Shown here one piece after another: positions 8,479-17,689 of a DNA stretch of 64,000 nt. Under the pieces are notes generated by a model that was not told the DNA's origin, did no database searches, and saw nothing but the letters and a program-made list of their open reading frames with translations. The stretch is from IMG/VR virus record IMGVR_UViG_3300028559_000005. The stretch is one strand, 5' to 3'. A program made the translations under genes and the position numbers. Numbering within the stretch: the stretch's first letter is position 1; each line of letters starts with the position of its first letter. The stretch comes from a virus. Lineage: Duplodnaviria > Heunggongvirae > Uroviricota > Caudoviricetes.

Positions 8479-8843
8479 TATACATACCTTGCTAGTTCAT
8501 CTTCACCTAAATCTTGTATGCGATTGGGCGGGATTTTAGTTGTGGAGAAGTACCATCCGTGGTCATATGTCAATGGAATACCCGTCACATCAATTTGCAA
8601 CAATGTCAATGGATCATCGCTACCCTCTGACTTGGCGTACATCCATCCACCGACCATACTTAGTTCTCTTTGTAACTTGACCTTATCACCTTCGTCTACA
8701 ACCATAAATGCTTTGCCATCATACGGATCTAGCCCAGCATATAGAATTTCTTCTGCGTTTTCAGTACTGGTAATATGGTACGCAGTTTTAAACTCATGGT
8801 CATGATGTGTCCTTGATTCAGTGACAAATTCAGTTGCTCTCAT
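8478..8843 (-). CDS. Small putative ART-fold protein with CTS-like N-terminus
   Basis: AYHIT...EEILYAGL...LLQIDV...IPPNRI pattern of small H-x-T ART/Tpt1-like domains. Start moved to MRATEFVTE at 8843. Confidence 0.45.
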   Translation of the reverse strand: MRATEFVTESRTHHDHEFKTAYHITSTENAEEILYAGLDPYDGKAFMVVDEGDKVKLQRELSMVGGWMYAKSEGSDDPLTLLQIDVTGIPLTYDHGWYFSTTKIPPNRIQDLGEDELARYV

Positions 8844-11800
8844 TTGGGTTCCCATTGCATACTTTTACTACCTTTAACAGTAGGAGTAAACCCTTGACCT
8901 CTGTAGAACTTGGTTAATTTACTTTGACTCACTTGTCCTTTGTCCCAAGGAAACAGTGTCAAGCTGATGCCATCTTCTCTTGCCATGGCTTGTAGTTCTT
9001 GCATGGCACGTGACCCAACACCTTGACGTAGCGGATATGCTTGAATCCATTTGACTTCAACTGCGCCGCGCTTGCTAAAGCTAGGAACAAGTTCAAACAT
9101 AGCAAACTGTTGGTCATCGCCTTTGCCCCAGACCATAACGTGATTGTTCTGCATGGTGTATGGATACTTTGCGTAGACTCGTTCAATCCATGCCTGTGCA
9201 GCATCATTGTTGCCTAGTTTGATTCTTATTGGCTCTTCTTCTTCGGCTACATCTTTCATTAGATGTTTAGCATCGCCGGACTTCTTCCAAGCATCCCACA
9301 TGGCCTTGCCAGGCGGCAATTGATTTCTACTTGGTACAATAGTGTTACCCAACATTCTCACATACGCATAGATGTTACGTGCTATACCGCGGCCTTGATA
9401 TTCAAGTTTCAAGCTGGTAACTGCTGACACTAGACCATTTTTGCTGGGTCTAAATTTTGCAAGACCTATCTGTTGATAATTGTCGTCTAGCACTTTGACT
9501 TGAAAATATTCTTTACCATTTATTTCAATCCCAGTGGCACGATATGTCAGCCCATCAAAAATTTGGGTGTCGTTGAACGCTGGATTGAAAACATCTGGAT
9601 TGATAGTTTCATTTAAGTTGTTGGCCATTACTTGTGGTAAGAAACTGGCGGCAATGTGTTGGCAAGTGTTAAAAATGTCAGCATTATCAGTGACCTGCAG
9701 ATTGAATGGATAGTCTGTGGTAGGATGCTGTGTGGGGTCTTGCCACCCAGCATAACATTTTTCAATACCAAAGTCAGCTAACAAATCAGTGCAACTCTCT
9801 CCATACCTCTCATCCATGTCATGCACACAAGGACTCAATGTAGTGACCATGATGGCATTGGGACCAATACGACCGTGACGTTTGAGATGCTGGTCTATGG
9901 CCACTCGTTCAGCATGGCGTCGTGTTCCGTTGAGCCCAGGCAAGTTGATAGCATAAGTGTGATTGTTTTTGTTATCAATCAAACAAGCAGCCACACGTCC
10001 ATACTTTTCTGGATCAGTCTCATGACCACGATGTATCATGTTGATGCACTTTTTCAGCACATTATCTAGTTTACCAAGTTTTGTGATCTCTTGGCTTTCA
10101 TCCATATCTTCTTCACCAGGCTCGTCTAGGTCGTGTATGGGCAAGCCAAGGCGTTTGAGCTTGTGACTGTACATGTTTTCTAGCTCTTCGCTGCCAAACG
10201 CCAACACAGTATGCGGCGGGCCTTGATTGTAATGAGACTTGTCGGCTTGATCAAGATCGCTAATGTCTTGTCCCAACTGATACCAATCTTGGGTGTCGCT
10301 CACATCCACTTTGATTGTGCCAGCGGGCATTTTGGGAGGTGTTTCAGGACCAGTTGGTTTTTGATTGCCTAGAGCATCCAGGTCACGACGTAATCGTTGT
10401 TCTAACACTGTGATGTTTTCTGACACTGATTGAGAACGTAGTCTCACTGAGAAGTTACTGGCATCCACTTCTGGATTTGCCTGCATTGCAGTAGCCACCC
10501 ATTCTTGACCTCGACGCCAGGCTTCTGTTTGATTTGCTGCCTGTATTACAAATACTGGTTGATTGGAAGATCTATTGTATACTTCCCACTGTGTTTGTGC
10601 CATTGGGATATCTAATTCAACGTCTTCTACTCCTGGAATTGGGGTGGATGTGTATTGGTATTGTTGTTGGCTTGCTGCAACACCCATCTCTGGTACTACT
10701 GTAACTCCAGCCTGCATACGCCCAGGATTACTACGCATCCAGTTTATGGCCACACGGTTGGCATCACTCTGTACATTGCCTACTCCCGAGAAGCGATGTA
10801 TTTCTTGACCGTCCGGATTCAAGATCAACCAGTTGCCAGTGAATGTTTGCTGACCTTGACCCGGACGAGTTAAAGTTTGCGGTATGCCAACGTCAACAAT
10901 GCCACCTTGTGCTGCATCTGAATTATTGCCCTGGCGGGTACGAACACCGTACAATTCAGGAGCTTCGCCACGCATGCCTAACGCCAAACGTGCTTCTTGT
11001 TCAGCTTCGGGTCTACTGGTATTGCTCAACTCTCTCACAGTAGAGTTGTCGCTGATTCTATAGATTTCCCATGGACCTGGGCCAGTGGGCACCAAGTTGC
11101 GTGGCTGTCCTTCGCGTGGTACATTTTGTGTGCTAACGAATGCATTTGATGATCGCGCTGGCACTGTCGACGCCCGGAACAGGTGAGAACGGCCAGCGGT
11201 GTTGCCAAATATATCTGGTCTTGCTTCTCCAGCAGCTCTTATAGCGTTTAGCTCAGATGACGCACGAATTTGTATTTCTTGCCCAGGATTACCTTGTGGG
11301 CTTACATACCAGATTGGTTGTTCAGTCTGTTGTGGTTCAATTTCACGCACTTCAATGTCAGTTATCATACGAGAATTTTGTTCACGACCTTGAGTTATGA
11401 ACTGTTCAGCAGCCTCACGACTTGGGAATCTACGCAACACATTGTTGTCAGACTGGCCAGGAGCTCTAGCAAAGCGGTTCATGTCATTCATCCAAATGCC
11501 CCAGTTGCCTGTACTTGGTTGTGCGGCAGATTGTGGGCCAGGTTGTTGCTGATCACCACCACGGGCAACCACAGTGCCAGCACGATCAACTAAACTAAAG
11601 TCATGTGGATTATTTTCCCCTGAAACAAACTGTCTAAACTTTTGTACAGCGTCTTCTTGACTTGATGCTGTGATCGATGATCTATTGTAACCGGCTCGAG
11701 CATCATAAACGCTATAGGACAATGATGGCTTCGGATCCTGATATGGTCGTAGCGGTTTTGCCTGTAGAGTGTTCCGTGCGCTGGCCCAGTCTGGGTAGTT

Positions 11801-14800
11801 GCCTGGTTCTATAGCCTTGGCGATGGCTTCTTCCTTGCTAGAAGCAACAATTTCAATGCTGGCAAAATATCCAGGACGACTCACATCCCACCAATATTTT
11901 TGTCCCTTTGGTGTCTTGCCTTTGGCAAGATTACGGGCGAGATTCTGTTGCTCTAGTTCTTGAAAAGTTGCTTTTCTAAAGTCTTTGATGGCCTGTTGCG
12001 TTTCTTTGCTTAGTTTGTCGCCGACTTCTTTGCTATTGCCCTGCAACGATACCATGTACTTGGCAAACTCTTGAATCATATCACCATATTCGTCCTTGGT
12101 ACCGTTAGGATTCAACAGTTTGTACAGCTTCTTGAGATATTCTTGGCGATACTTTTCAGGATCCATCGCAGCGTCCAGGGCCACAGTAAATCGTAATAGG
12201 GTATCTTCAATCTTGCTGAAGTTTGAATCCAACCAGTCGCCACCCGGACTCCGGAATTCAATGTATCCTGTCTTGGTATTGATACTGGTATATTTTTCTG
12301 TAGTGCCTGTGTGAATGGCCTTGGTGGCAATGTCTTCCATGTGCTCACGCATCTTGTCCATGACCTGCGGAGCAATATCAGGATTGCGTTTCAGCATGGT
12401 TTTAATTTTGCCAATTGCTGACTTGGCATAGTTATTGCCTGAACGTCCAAACAGTTCTAGCACATATTCATCGCCCATGAGCAGGGCCAGTTTGACATAG
12501 TCCAGTTTGTCAAGACTGTAGTTGGGTACTGAAATGTTGATATGCAAGCCAGTGCTGTCATTGGTATAGCAACCAGACTTGTCTGCCCAAGCCTTGACCT
12601 TGTTTAGATCTGAAATCATTTCATCTATGGGCATAGGCGGACTAACAAATTCTAAACCTTCGTCGCCAGGGTTGTCGCCTTCTAAACTGCCGTCAGGTTC
12701 CACAACATAGGTACCTGCTTCACGACGGCCGCCATGGTAATTTCTACTGGCGTTCACAGGTTTACCCATGTAACTGGAGAATTCATCAGCCACTTGATCT
12801 ATATCCATGTCACCGTCGTTGCCCTCATTAGCGTCAGTGTAATAGGGCCATTCAATATCAAAGTTGCTTTCGATGTCACTCATGGTTTGATATTTGTCAT
12901 CCAAGAAACTGCCTTCATCGTACTCGTCTCGTTGTTCTTCTGCAAACGCTTCAAATGCATCATTGAAGACACGGCCTTGATCTTCAAAAGCTTCCAGCAC
13001 AAACTGTTCTTGTAATTCATCAAGTCTGGCACTCAGCAGTTGAGAGAAGTCTTCGCTCTCTTGTGGCAAGTCAGGATTGGCATCCATGATTTCGTCACGA
13101 GCTTGTAGCATGGCTTCATCACGATCAAACAAGTCATTAACGTTGACAAAGTCACGCATGTAATCTACTCCATCGCGTGTCCAAGCTTCAGCAGTTTGTT
13201 CCTGCTGCCATTCCTCGTACTCGTTTTGTATTTCTTCCATTAGGTCATCTACTGCACGGCGTCCATTGTGGTCACCGTCATGGAAAAAGTCTCGAATGTC
13301 ACTGAAGCTTCTGGTACGTTGATCCTGATCGTAGTCTGGTTCCCAGTCAGGTTCTTGTTCATCGACCCCAACATCGGGCACAATCATTTCAAATTCCATG
13401 CCTGCCTGTGCGCCTGTTTGTGCTGCTAACTGACGCAGATTGGTGCTGGTCATCTTGATTTCAAACAGATCTTTCTCTTTGAACTCTCGCAACATCTTGT
13501 TTAAACCGGCTGTGAGTAATGCAGGATGACCTTGTGAATCTGTTTGTAATCCAAGTTTGTTGGCTTCCTTGCCCACAGCACCTGGACGCACATCTCGGGT
13601 CAAGGCCATGACAAATCTTGGATCGCGTGCCTGTGCCTTTGTGGGTATGTATCCTGACGCTTCTTCCAGTGTGACCCCATCAAACATTTCAGGCTGTTCT
13701 TCAGCCCACTGTCGCATGATACGGCCAGCCATGGCGTTGGCTTGGTCTTCCCAAGGGCTACCAGTTTCACCAGCATCTATAGGCAGGGGATTTCTTTCAT
13801 CCTGCTGACGATGTGTCATCTCATGGGCCATGGTGCGAAGTATATCCAACACATGGCGTCCCGCGGTGGCCAAGATCAGTGTGTTGCTTTCTGGTTCGTA
13901 TTGACCAAAGCTACCGTTCTCTTGACTCCATTCTGGTGTTGTTTCCAAACGCAATCTAGGTGGATTCTCTAATTTAAGTTTATCTACACAACTGGCATAG
14001 AAACGATGTAGGATCTTTTTCAAATGGTCAAGTTCTACACTTTCATCCACTTGTTCTGATTCAGTACCAGCAGGGTGATCTTGGCCAGCATACGCAGTAC
14101 CTGGATACCAGTAATCACGCATGCCGTAATTGACTTTCTTTCTGGCAGCAGGCTTACGATTTAAACTCAACTCACGATCTTGTATTGCTGTCTTGGCATC
14201 TTTTAATTTGCCAATGCAACCCATATTTCTCAACAATTTAAATGCAATGTTCTCGCAGCCAAACTCACCATTCTTTTCCAGGCCAGTTTGGCGCATTGTT
14301 TTGATCTTGTCCCACAGCTGATTCACAGCATCTGCATTGCCGGACTTGATAGCTGAATGTATTCTGGCATCAAGATCAGCTGTTTTGTGTTGTACACAAG
14401 AGTCATCTATGCTAGCACGACGGCGCTGTGGAACTTGTACCCAGTCACCATTCTTTACGCTGTAAATGCCTTGACTCACATGCTTTTGATCACTGGGCTG
14501 CACATACAGTTCCACTGGAACGCCAGCAATCTTTATGTCATGCTCGGCATTATACTGATATTTTTTTGCATTGAACAGTTCTTGATACACAGGATCGTCA
14601 GGCATGTCCACCACAAGGTGTAGATCAATGTCTGAATGGCGAGTATAAGAATAGGCAGCATTGCTACCTGATATGGTAATGTCCTGAATGTTGAGATCAT
14701 CAACACCCAGGAATTCTTGAAAATTTGACGCAATTGCCAGCAACTTGTCACGCACATCAGGTAACAAGTGCTCGTCTGACCCCCACAAACGGGGGTTCAA

Positions 14801-14860
14801 ACGTTGATGGAATTTTACAGCATCGGCGAGATTAAAGTTGTCAAGATCATGGAAATTCAT
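8840..14860 (-). CDS. 2006-aa polyvalent protein: Pol-beta-type nucleotidyltransferase, HExxH metallopeptidase, amidoligase (COOH-NH2 ligase), repeat region, Zn deaminase, two GNATs
   Basis: GSNAAY..SDIDLH (about aa 65); AHEMTH (aa 346); GMEFEM (aa 487)...EPDGSL...GLEFVSPP...STGLHINIS...IEFRSPGG; RHAE (aa 1649)...LSPC...C; EYQGRGIA; LRQGVGS. Confidence 0.8.
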   Translation of the reverse strand: MNFHDLDNFNLADAVKFHQRLNPRLWGSDEHLLPDVRDKLLAIASNFQEFLGVDDLNIQDITISGSNAAYSYTRHSDIDLHLVVDMPDDPVYQELFNAKKYQYNAEHDIKIAGVPVELYVQPSDQKHVSQGIYSVKNGDWVQVPQRRRASIDDSCVQHKTADLDARIHSAIKSGNADAVNQLWDKIKTMRQTGLEKNGEFGCENIAFKLLRNMGCIGKLKDAKTAIQDRELSLNRKPAARKKVNYGMRDYWYPGTAYAGQDHPAGTESEQVDESVELDHLKKILHRFYASCVDKLKLENPPRLRLETTPEWSQENGSFGQYEPESNTLILATAGRHVLDILRTMAHEMTHRQQDERNPLPIDAGETGSPWEDQANAMAGRIMRQWAEEQPEMFDGVTLEEASGYIPTKAQARDPRFVMALTRDVRPGAVGKEANKLGLQTDSQGHPALLTAGLNKMLREFKEKDLFEIKMTSTNLRQLAAQTGAQAGMEFEMIVPDVGVDEQEPDWEPDYDQDQRTRSFSDIRDFFHDGDHNGRRAVDDLMEEIQNEYEEWQQEQTAEAWTRDGVDYMRDFVNVNDLFDRDEAMLQARDEIMDANPDLPQESEDFSQLLSARLDELQEQFVLEAFEDQGRVFNDAFEAFAEEQRDEYDEGSFLDDKYQTMSDIESNFDIEWPYYTDANEGNDGDMDIDQVADEFSSYMGKPVNASRNYHGGRREAGTYVVEPDGSLEGDNPGDEGLEFVSPPMPIDEMISDLNKVKAWADKSGCYTNDSTGLHINISVPNYSLDKLDYVKLALLMGDEYVLELFGRSGNNYAKSAIGKIKTMLKRNPDIAPQVMDKMREHMEDIATKAIHTGTTEKYTSINTKTGYIEFRSPGGDWLDSNFSKIEDTLLRFTVALDAAMDPEKYRQEYLKKLYKLLNPNGTKDEYGDMIQEFAKYMVSLQGNSKEVGDKLSKETQQAIKDFRKATFQELEQQNLARNLAKGKTPKGQKYWWDVSRPGYFASIEIVASSKEEAIAKAIEPGNYPDWASARNTLQAKPLRPYQDPKPSLSYSVYDARAGYNRSSITASSQEDAVQKFRQFVSGENNPHDFSLVDRAGTVVARGGDQQQPGPQSAAQPSTGNWGIWMNDMNRFARAPGQSDNNVLRRFPSREAAEQFITQGREQNSRMITDIEVREIEPQQTEQPIWYVSPQGNPGQEIQIRASSELNAIRAAGEARPDIFGNTAGRSHLFRASTVPARSSNAFVSTQNVPREGQPRNLVPTGPGPWEIYRISDNSTVRELSNTSRPEAEQEARLALGMRGEAPELYGVRTRQGNNSDAAQGGIVDVGIPQTLTRPGQGQQTFTGNWLILNPDGQEIHRFSGVGNVQSDANRVAINWMRSNPGRMQAGVTVVPEMGVAASQQQYQYTSTPIPGVEDVELDIPMAQTQWEVYNRSSNQPVFVIQAANQTEAWRRGQEWVATAMQANPEVDASNFSVRLRSQSVSENITVLEQRLRRDLDALGNQKPTGPETPPKMPAGTIKVDVSDTQDWYQLGQDISDLDQADKSHYNQGPPHTVLAFGSEELENMYSHKLKRLGLPIHDLDEPGEEDMDESQEITKLGKLDNVLKKCINMIHRGHETDPEKYGRVAACLIDNKNNHTYAINLPGLNGTRRHAERVAIDQHLKRHGRIGPNAIMVTTLSPCVHDMDERYGESCTDLLADFGIEKCYAGWQDPTQHPTTDYPFNLQVTDNADIFNTCQHIAASFLPQVMANNLNETINPDVFNPAFNDTQIFDGLTYRATGIEINGKEYFQVKVLDDNYQQIGLAKFRPSKNGLVSAVTSLKLEYQGRGIARNIYAYVRMLGNTIVPSRNQLPPGKAMWDAWKKSGDAKHLMKDVAEEEEPIRIKLGNNDAAQAWIERVYAKYPYTMQNNHVMVWGKGDDQQFAMFELVPSFSKRGAVEVKWIQAYPLRQGVGSRAMQELQAMAREDGISLTLFPWDKGQVSQSKLTKFYRGQGFTPTVKGSKSMQWEPK

Positions 14861-14873
14861 GATCTATTTATCG

Positions 14874-15800
14874 CTATTCAGCAGTAGTGGTTTCCTCTGA
14901 CACCTGTTTGTTGGTAGCAATCACTGTGGCTTCAACTGGTGTAGCGGCTGCTGTTAACTCACTTTCCGTGGGCTGTTGTTGGATCACGATCTGTGGCTGA
15001 TTGGCTTGATTGGTCAGGGCAATTTGATGCAGATCTGCATACAGCTTGTCCTGGGTTTGGTAATCAAACACATAAGTTCCAGTATGTTTCAACAGCACAC
15101 GTTTGTCCACAAATACTTGTCCGCCGATATCACGCCAGTTTTCGCAAAATGTCCAGTCTTCACTGTAGTAACGATTTTCACGCACAGCAGTGTCAAAGTA
15201 TGTTTTCATGTAAGGGTTTAATGCTGGATCAAGTCCAATGTCGTTGATAAACGGCTTCACCGCAGGATGTGCATTGAGTTTTTCAAACACATCACGTTTG
15301 ATCAACAAGAAACCAGTACCAGTCTTGGTGACTTCAATCAAGCCAGATGGATCATTTTGATCTGCACCGGGAATACCGTTGACACACCATTTGACTGGTA
15401 GTGATTTCATTGGATACAATCCGCCTACTACATCTTTGTCATGATTCAACATGACCAGCAAGTGCCAGGGCTCCCAACCAATGTCAGCATCAATGAACAT
15501 CAAGTGTGTTGATCCTTCTGTGTTTAAGAATTTAGCAGTAAGAGTGTTTCTAGCACGAGAAATCAATGATTCATTGGTCATTGTTTCCACGGTCCAGTCC
15601 AAGCCCAATTGACGTGCTATGTTGGCCCACTTGATATAACTCATGAATGTGCTTTCAGTGAGTTGTCCACCATAACAAGGCATAGAAATATGCACTCTTG
15701 TGGTTTTTAAGTAGTCAATGTTAACTTGGATGCTTTGTTGCCCACCAGTTTGATCCACTGGGGATGCATTCTGGTAAGGTAATTGTTGTTCGTCTGCCAT
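14874..15800 (-). CDS. GT-A fold glycosyltransferase-like protein
   Basis: ISMPCYGG, ESLISRARN, LMFIDADI (DxD), YYSEDW. Confidence 0.7.
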   Translation of the reverse strand: MADEQQLPYQNASPVDQTGGQQSIQVNIDYLKTTRVHISMPCYGGQLTESTFMSYIKWANIARQLGLDWTVETMTNESLISRARNTLTAKFLNTEGSTHLMFIDADIGWEPWHLLVMLNHDKDVVGGLYPMKSLPVKWCVNGIPGADQNDPSGLIEVTKTGTGFLLIKRDVFEKLNAHPAVKPFINDIGLDPALNPYMKTYFDTAVRENRYYSEDWTFCENWRDIGGQVFVDKRVLLKHTGTYVFDYQTQDKLYADLHQIALTNQANQPQIVIQQQPTESELTAAATPVEATVIATNKQVSEETTTAE

Positions 15801-15856
15801 AAGGCCCTTTCAATGTTGTGGAATATTTAACGGAGTATAGCAGGTTGGTAGAATTT

Positions 15857-16549
15857 CTACGACCTAGCTTCGTCCAAATAATCTTCAACCATGGGCTGAT
15901 TGTACTTGCTTTGATAGCTGGCCCGCATGCCGCCTTGGCTCATTTGACGTGTGACTTGTTCTGCAACTTCAGTGCCCATAACAGTATCCAACATCCGGAC
16001 CACTGTGTTGGCCAGCTGGGGATTGCCTTGTGTTGTGGGATAAAGGCTCATGACCAATGCAGTTCGTTGGCGTTGATTTAAATCAGGCCATGCTGTGCGT
16101 ATTTGTGTGGCCGATGTCATACCTGGACCAAACTCCACAACGGGCAAGTAGGTCATGTATGCGTGTTGAGTCATGGGCGCCATGTTGTCACTGATGGGTT
16201 GCAGATATGCCGGTGTACCGTCACGTTTCACACCACCCGGCTGCGGAGGCTTGTTGGCGTCTTTTTCACTGCGCACAAAGATCAACTGTGTGTCTGCAGG
16301 GTTATAGTTTTTTGTTATTTCTTCTGCACGAAATGGACTCTTCACTTGATAGAAATCACCTGGAGAAACTCCAGCCAATTGTGCTAGTTTTTCTTTTAAT
16401 TTAAAAGGAAACGGGCGTGTTGAAGTGTCGTTGGTTGCAGCCACTTTGACATCAGCATTGGGAAATGCTCGTTGAGCAGATTTGTACAGTTCTAAATGGC
16501 CGGGGTGAAAAGGGTGTGCGCCCATTGGTAATACTACTAAAGTTTTCAT
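15857..16549 (-). CDS. HxGH-superfamily (cytidylyltransferase-like) nucleotidyltransferase
   Basis: N-terminal VLPMGAHPFHPGH; later SATQIR. Confidence 0.7.
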   Translation of the reverse strand: MKTLVVLPMGAHPFHPGHLELYKSAQRAFPNADVKVAATNDTSTRPFPFKLKEKLAQLAGVSPGDFYQVKSPFRAEEITKNYNPADTQLIFVRSEKDANKPPQPGGVKRDGTPAYLQPISDNMAPMTQHAYMTYLPVVEFGPGMTSATQIRTAWPDLNQRQRTALVMSLYPTTQGNPQLANTVVRMLDTVMGTEVAEQVTRQMSQGGMRASYQSKYNQPMVEDYLDEARS

Positions 16550-16554
16550 GCACG

Positions 16555-16566
16555 TATTTATAAATA
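16555..16566. promoter_or_regulatory. Palindromic bidirectional late-promoter core TATTTATAAATA
   Basis: Perfect 12-bp palindrome giving ATAAATA on both strands, between divergent genes 16549(-) and 16629(+). Confidence 0.6.
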
Positions 16567-16628
16567 AAGGTGTAGTTCGCGATACTGCAAATATCCAACT
16601 ACTCTAACGCTTAGAAGGAGCATCAGCC

Positions 16629-17318
16629 ATGTATTTACAAAACAAATATACCCGTTGTTATTATAATATTATTCAACGAGCCAACATCAGAATTCTTAAA
16701 CCCCCATACGAACATCATCATATAATTCCCCGGAGCCTAGGCGGAAATAATTTTAAAAAAAACATAGTCAAATTAACAGCACATGAACATTTTGTGTGCC
16801 ACCTTTTGTTAACAAAAATGGTCGAAGGTAAGAATAGAGAAAAGATGGTTTATGCAGCCTGGGCAATGGCAAATCAAGAAAATCAAAATCAACAACGACA
16901 CAAGGTTACTGGAAAAATTTATTCTATTCTAAAACAAGAATATTGTAAGGTTAAATCATTGCATACTAAACTTAACAATCCCATGCATGACCCTGAAATT
17001 CGATTACGGCATCAAGAAGCAATTACTAAACGAGGGAAAACTTTAGGGAACACTGGACATAAACGTGGTGCAATGTCAGAAGAATTAAAAGCAATTCTTC
17101 GTCAAAAAACAATAGACTCAATGACCAGCGAAAGACGAGAACAGATTAAACAACAACAGTTAAACAGGACACCGGAACAGAAAGAAAAATATGCATTTGC
17201 TCATTCTAAAAGAATATCATGCATATATTGTCGTTGTGTATGTGCTCCTGGAAACTTTGCCCGTTATCACGGTAATAACTGTAAATTAAATAATCTACAA
17301 GTGGCGGGCATTCAATAG
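16629..17318 (+). CDS. HNH homing endonuclease with C-terminal DNA-binding repeats
   Basis: YEHHHIIPRSLGG...NIVKLTAHEHFVCH; SD GAAGGAG; opposite orientation to its neighbours. Confidence 0.85.
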   Translation: MYLQNKYTRCYYNIIQRANIRILKPPYEHHHIIPRSLGGNNFKKNIVKLTAHEHFVCHLLLTKMVEGKNREKMVYAAWAMANQENQNQQRHKVTGKIYSILKQEYCKVKSLHTKLNNPMHDPEIRLRHQEAITKRGKTLGNTGHKRGAMSEELKAILRQKTIDSMTSERREQIKQQQLNRTPEQKEKYAFAHSKRISCIYCRCVCAPGNFARYHGNNCKLNNLQVAGIQ

Positions 17319-17689
17319 GTAGCTTGTACCGTTTCAATTACACCGTCTTTGAAATTGGTGACCACTGCTCGCAACCATGTGAAGTTGCCTACTACTGCTT
17401 GTATGTAAGTATCTGTAATAGTGCTAGAATCAGCTGAACTACCATCACCATATGCAGCTATGTCAAACCAACGTGAGTCAACAGGATCATTGTCCAGTGT
17501 GGCCTGGATTGAAACTTCACCTTGCACACCACGAAATACCCAACGTAGTGTTTGGATACCTCCACGTCCAAGATAGTAGTTAGCAGCTTTTTGTGGGTCG
17601 CCTATAAAGTCCTCACTAGAACCGTCATAGTTACCCGATGGCACACCATACTCTGTATAGGGCACTAGTGTGACGGTGGTAATGGCCAT
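17312..17689 (-). CDS. Hypothetical, probably structural protein
   Basis: 125-aa beta-rich ORF (IQATL...WFDI...GNFTWLRAVV). Confidence 0.55.
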   Translation of the reverse strand: MAITTVTLVPYTEYGVPSGNYDGSSEDFIGDPQKAANYYLGRGGIQTLRWVFRGVQGEVSIQATLDNDPVDSRWFDIAAYGDGSSADSSTITDTYIQAVVGNFTWLRAVVTNFKDGVIETVQATY

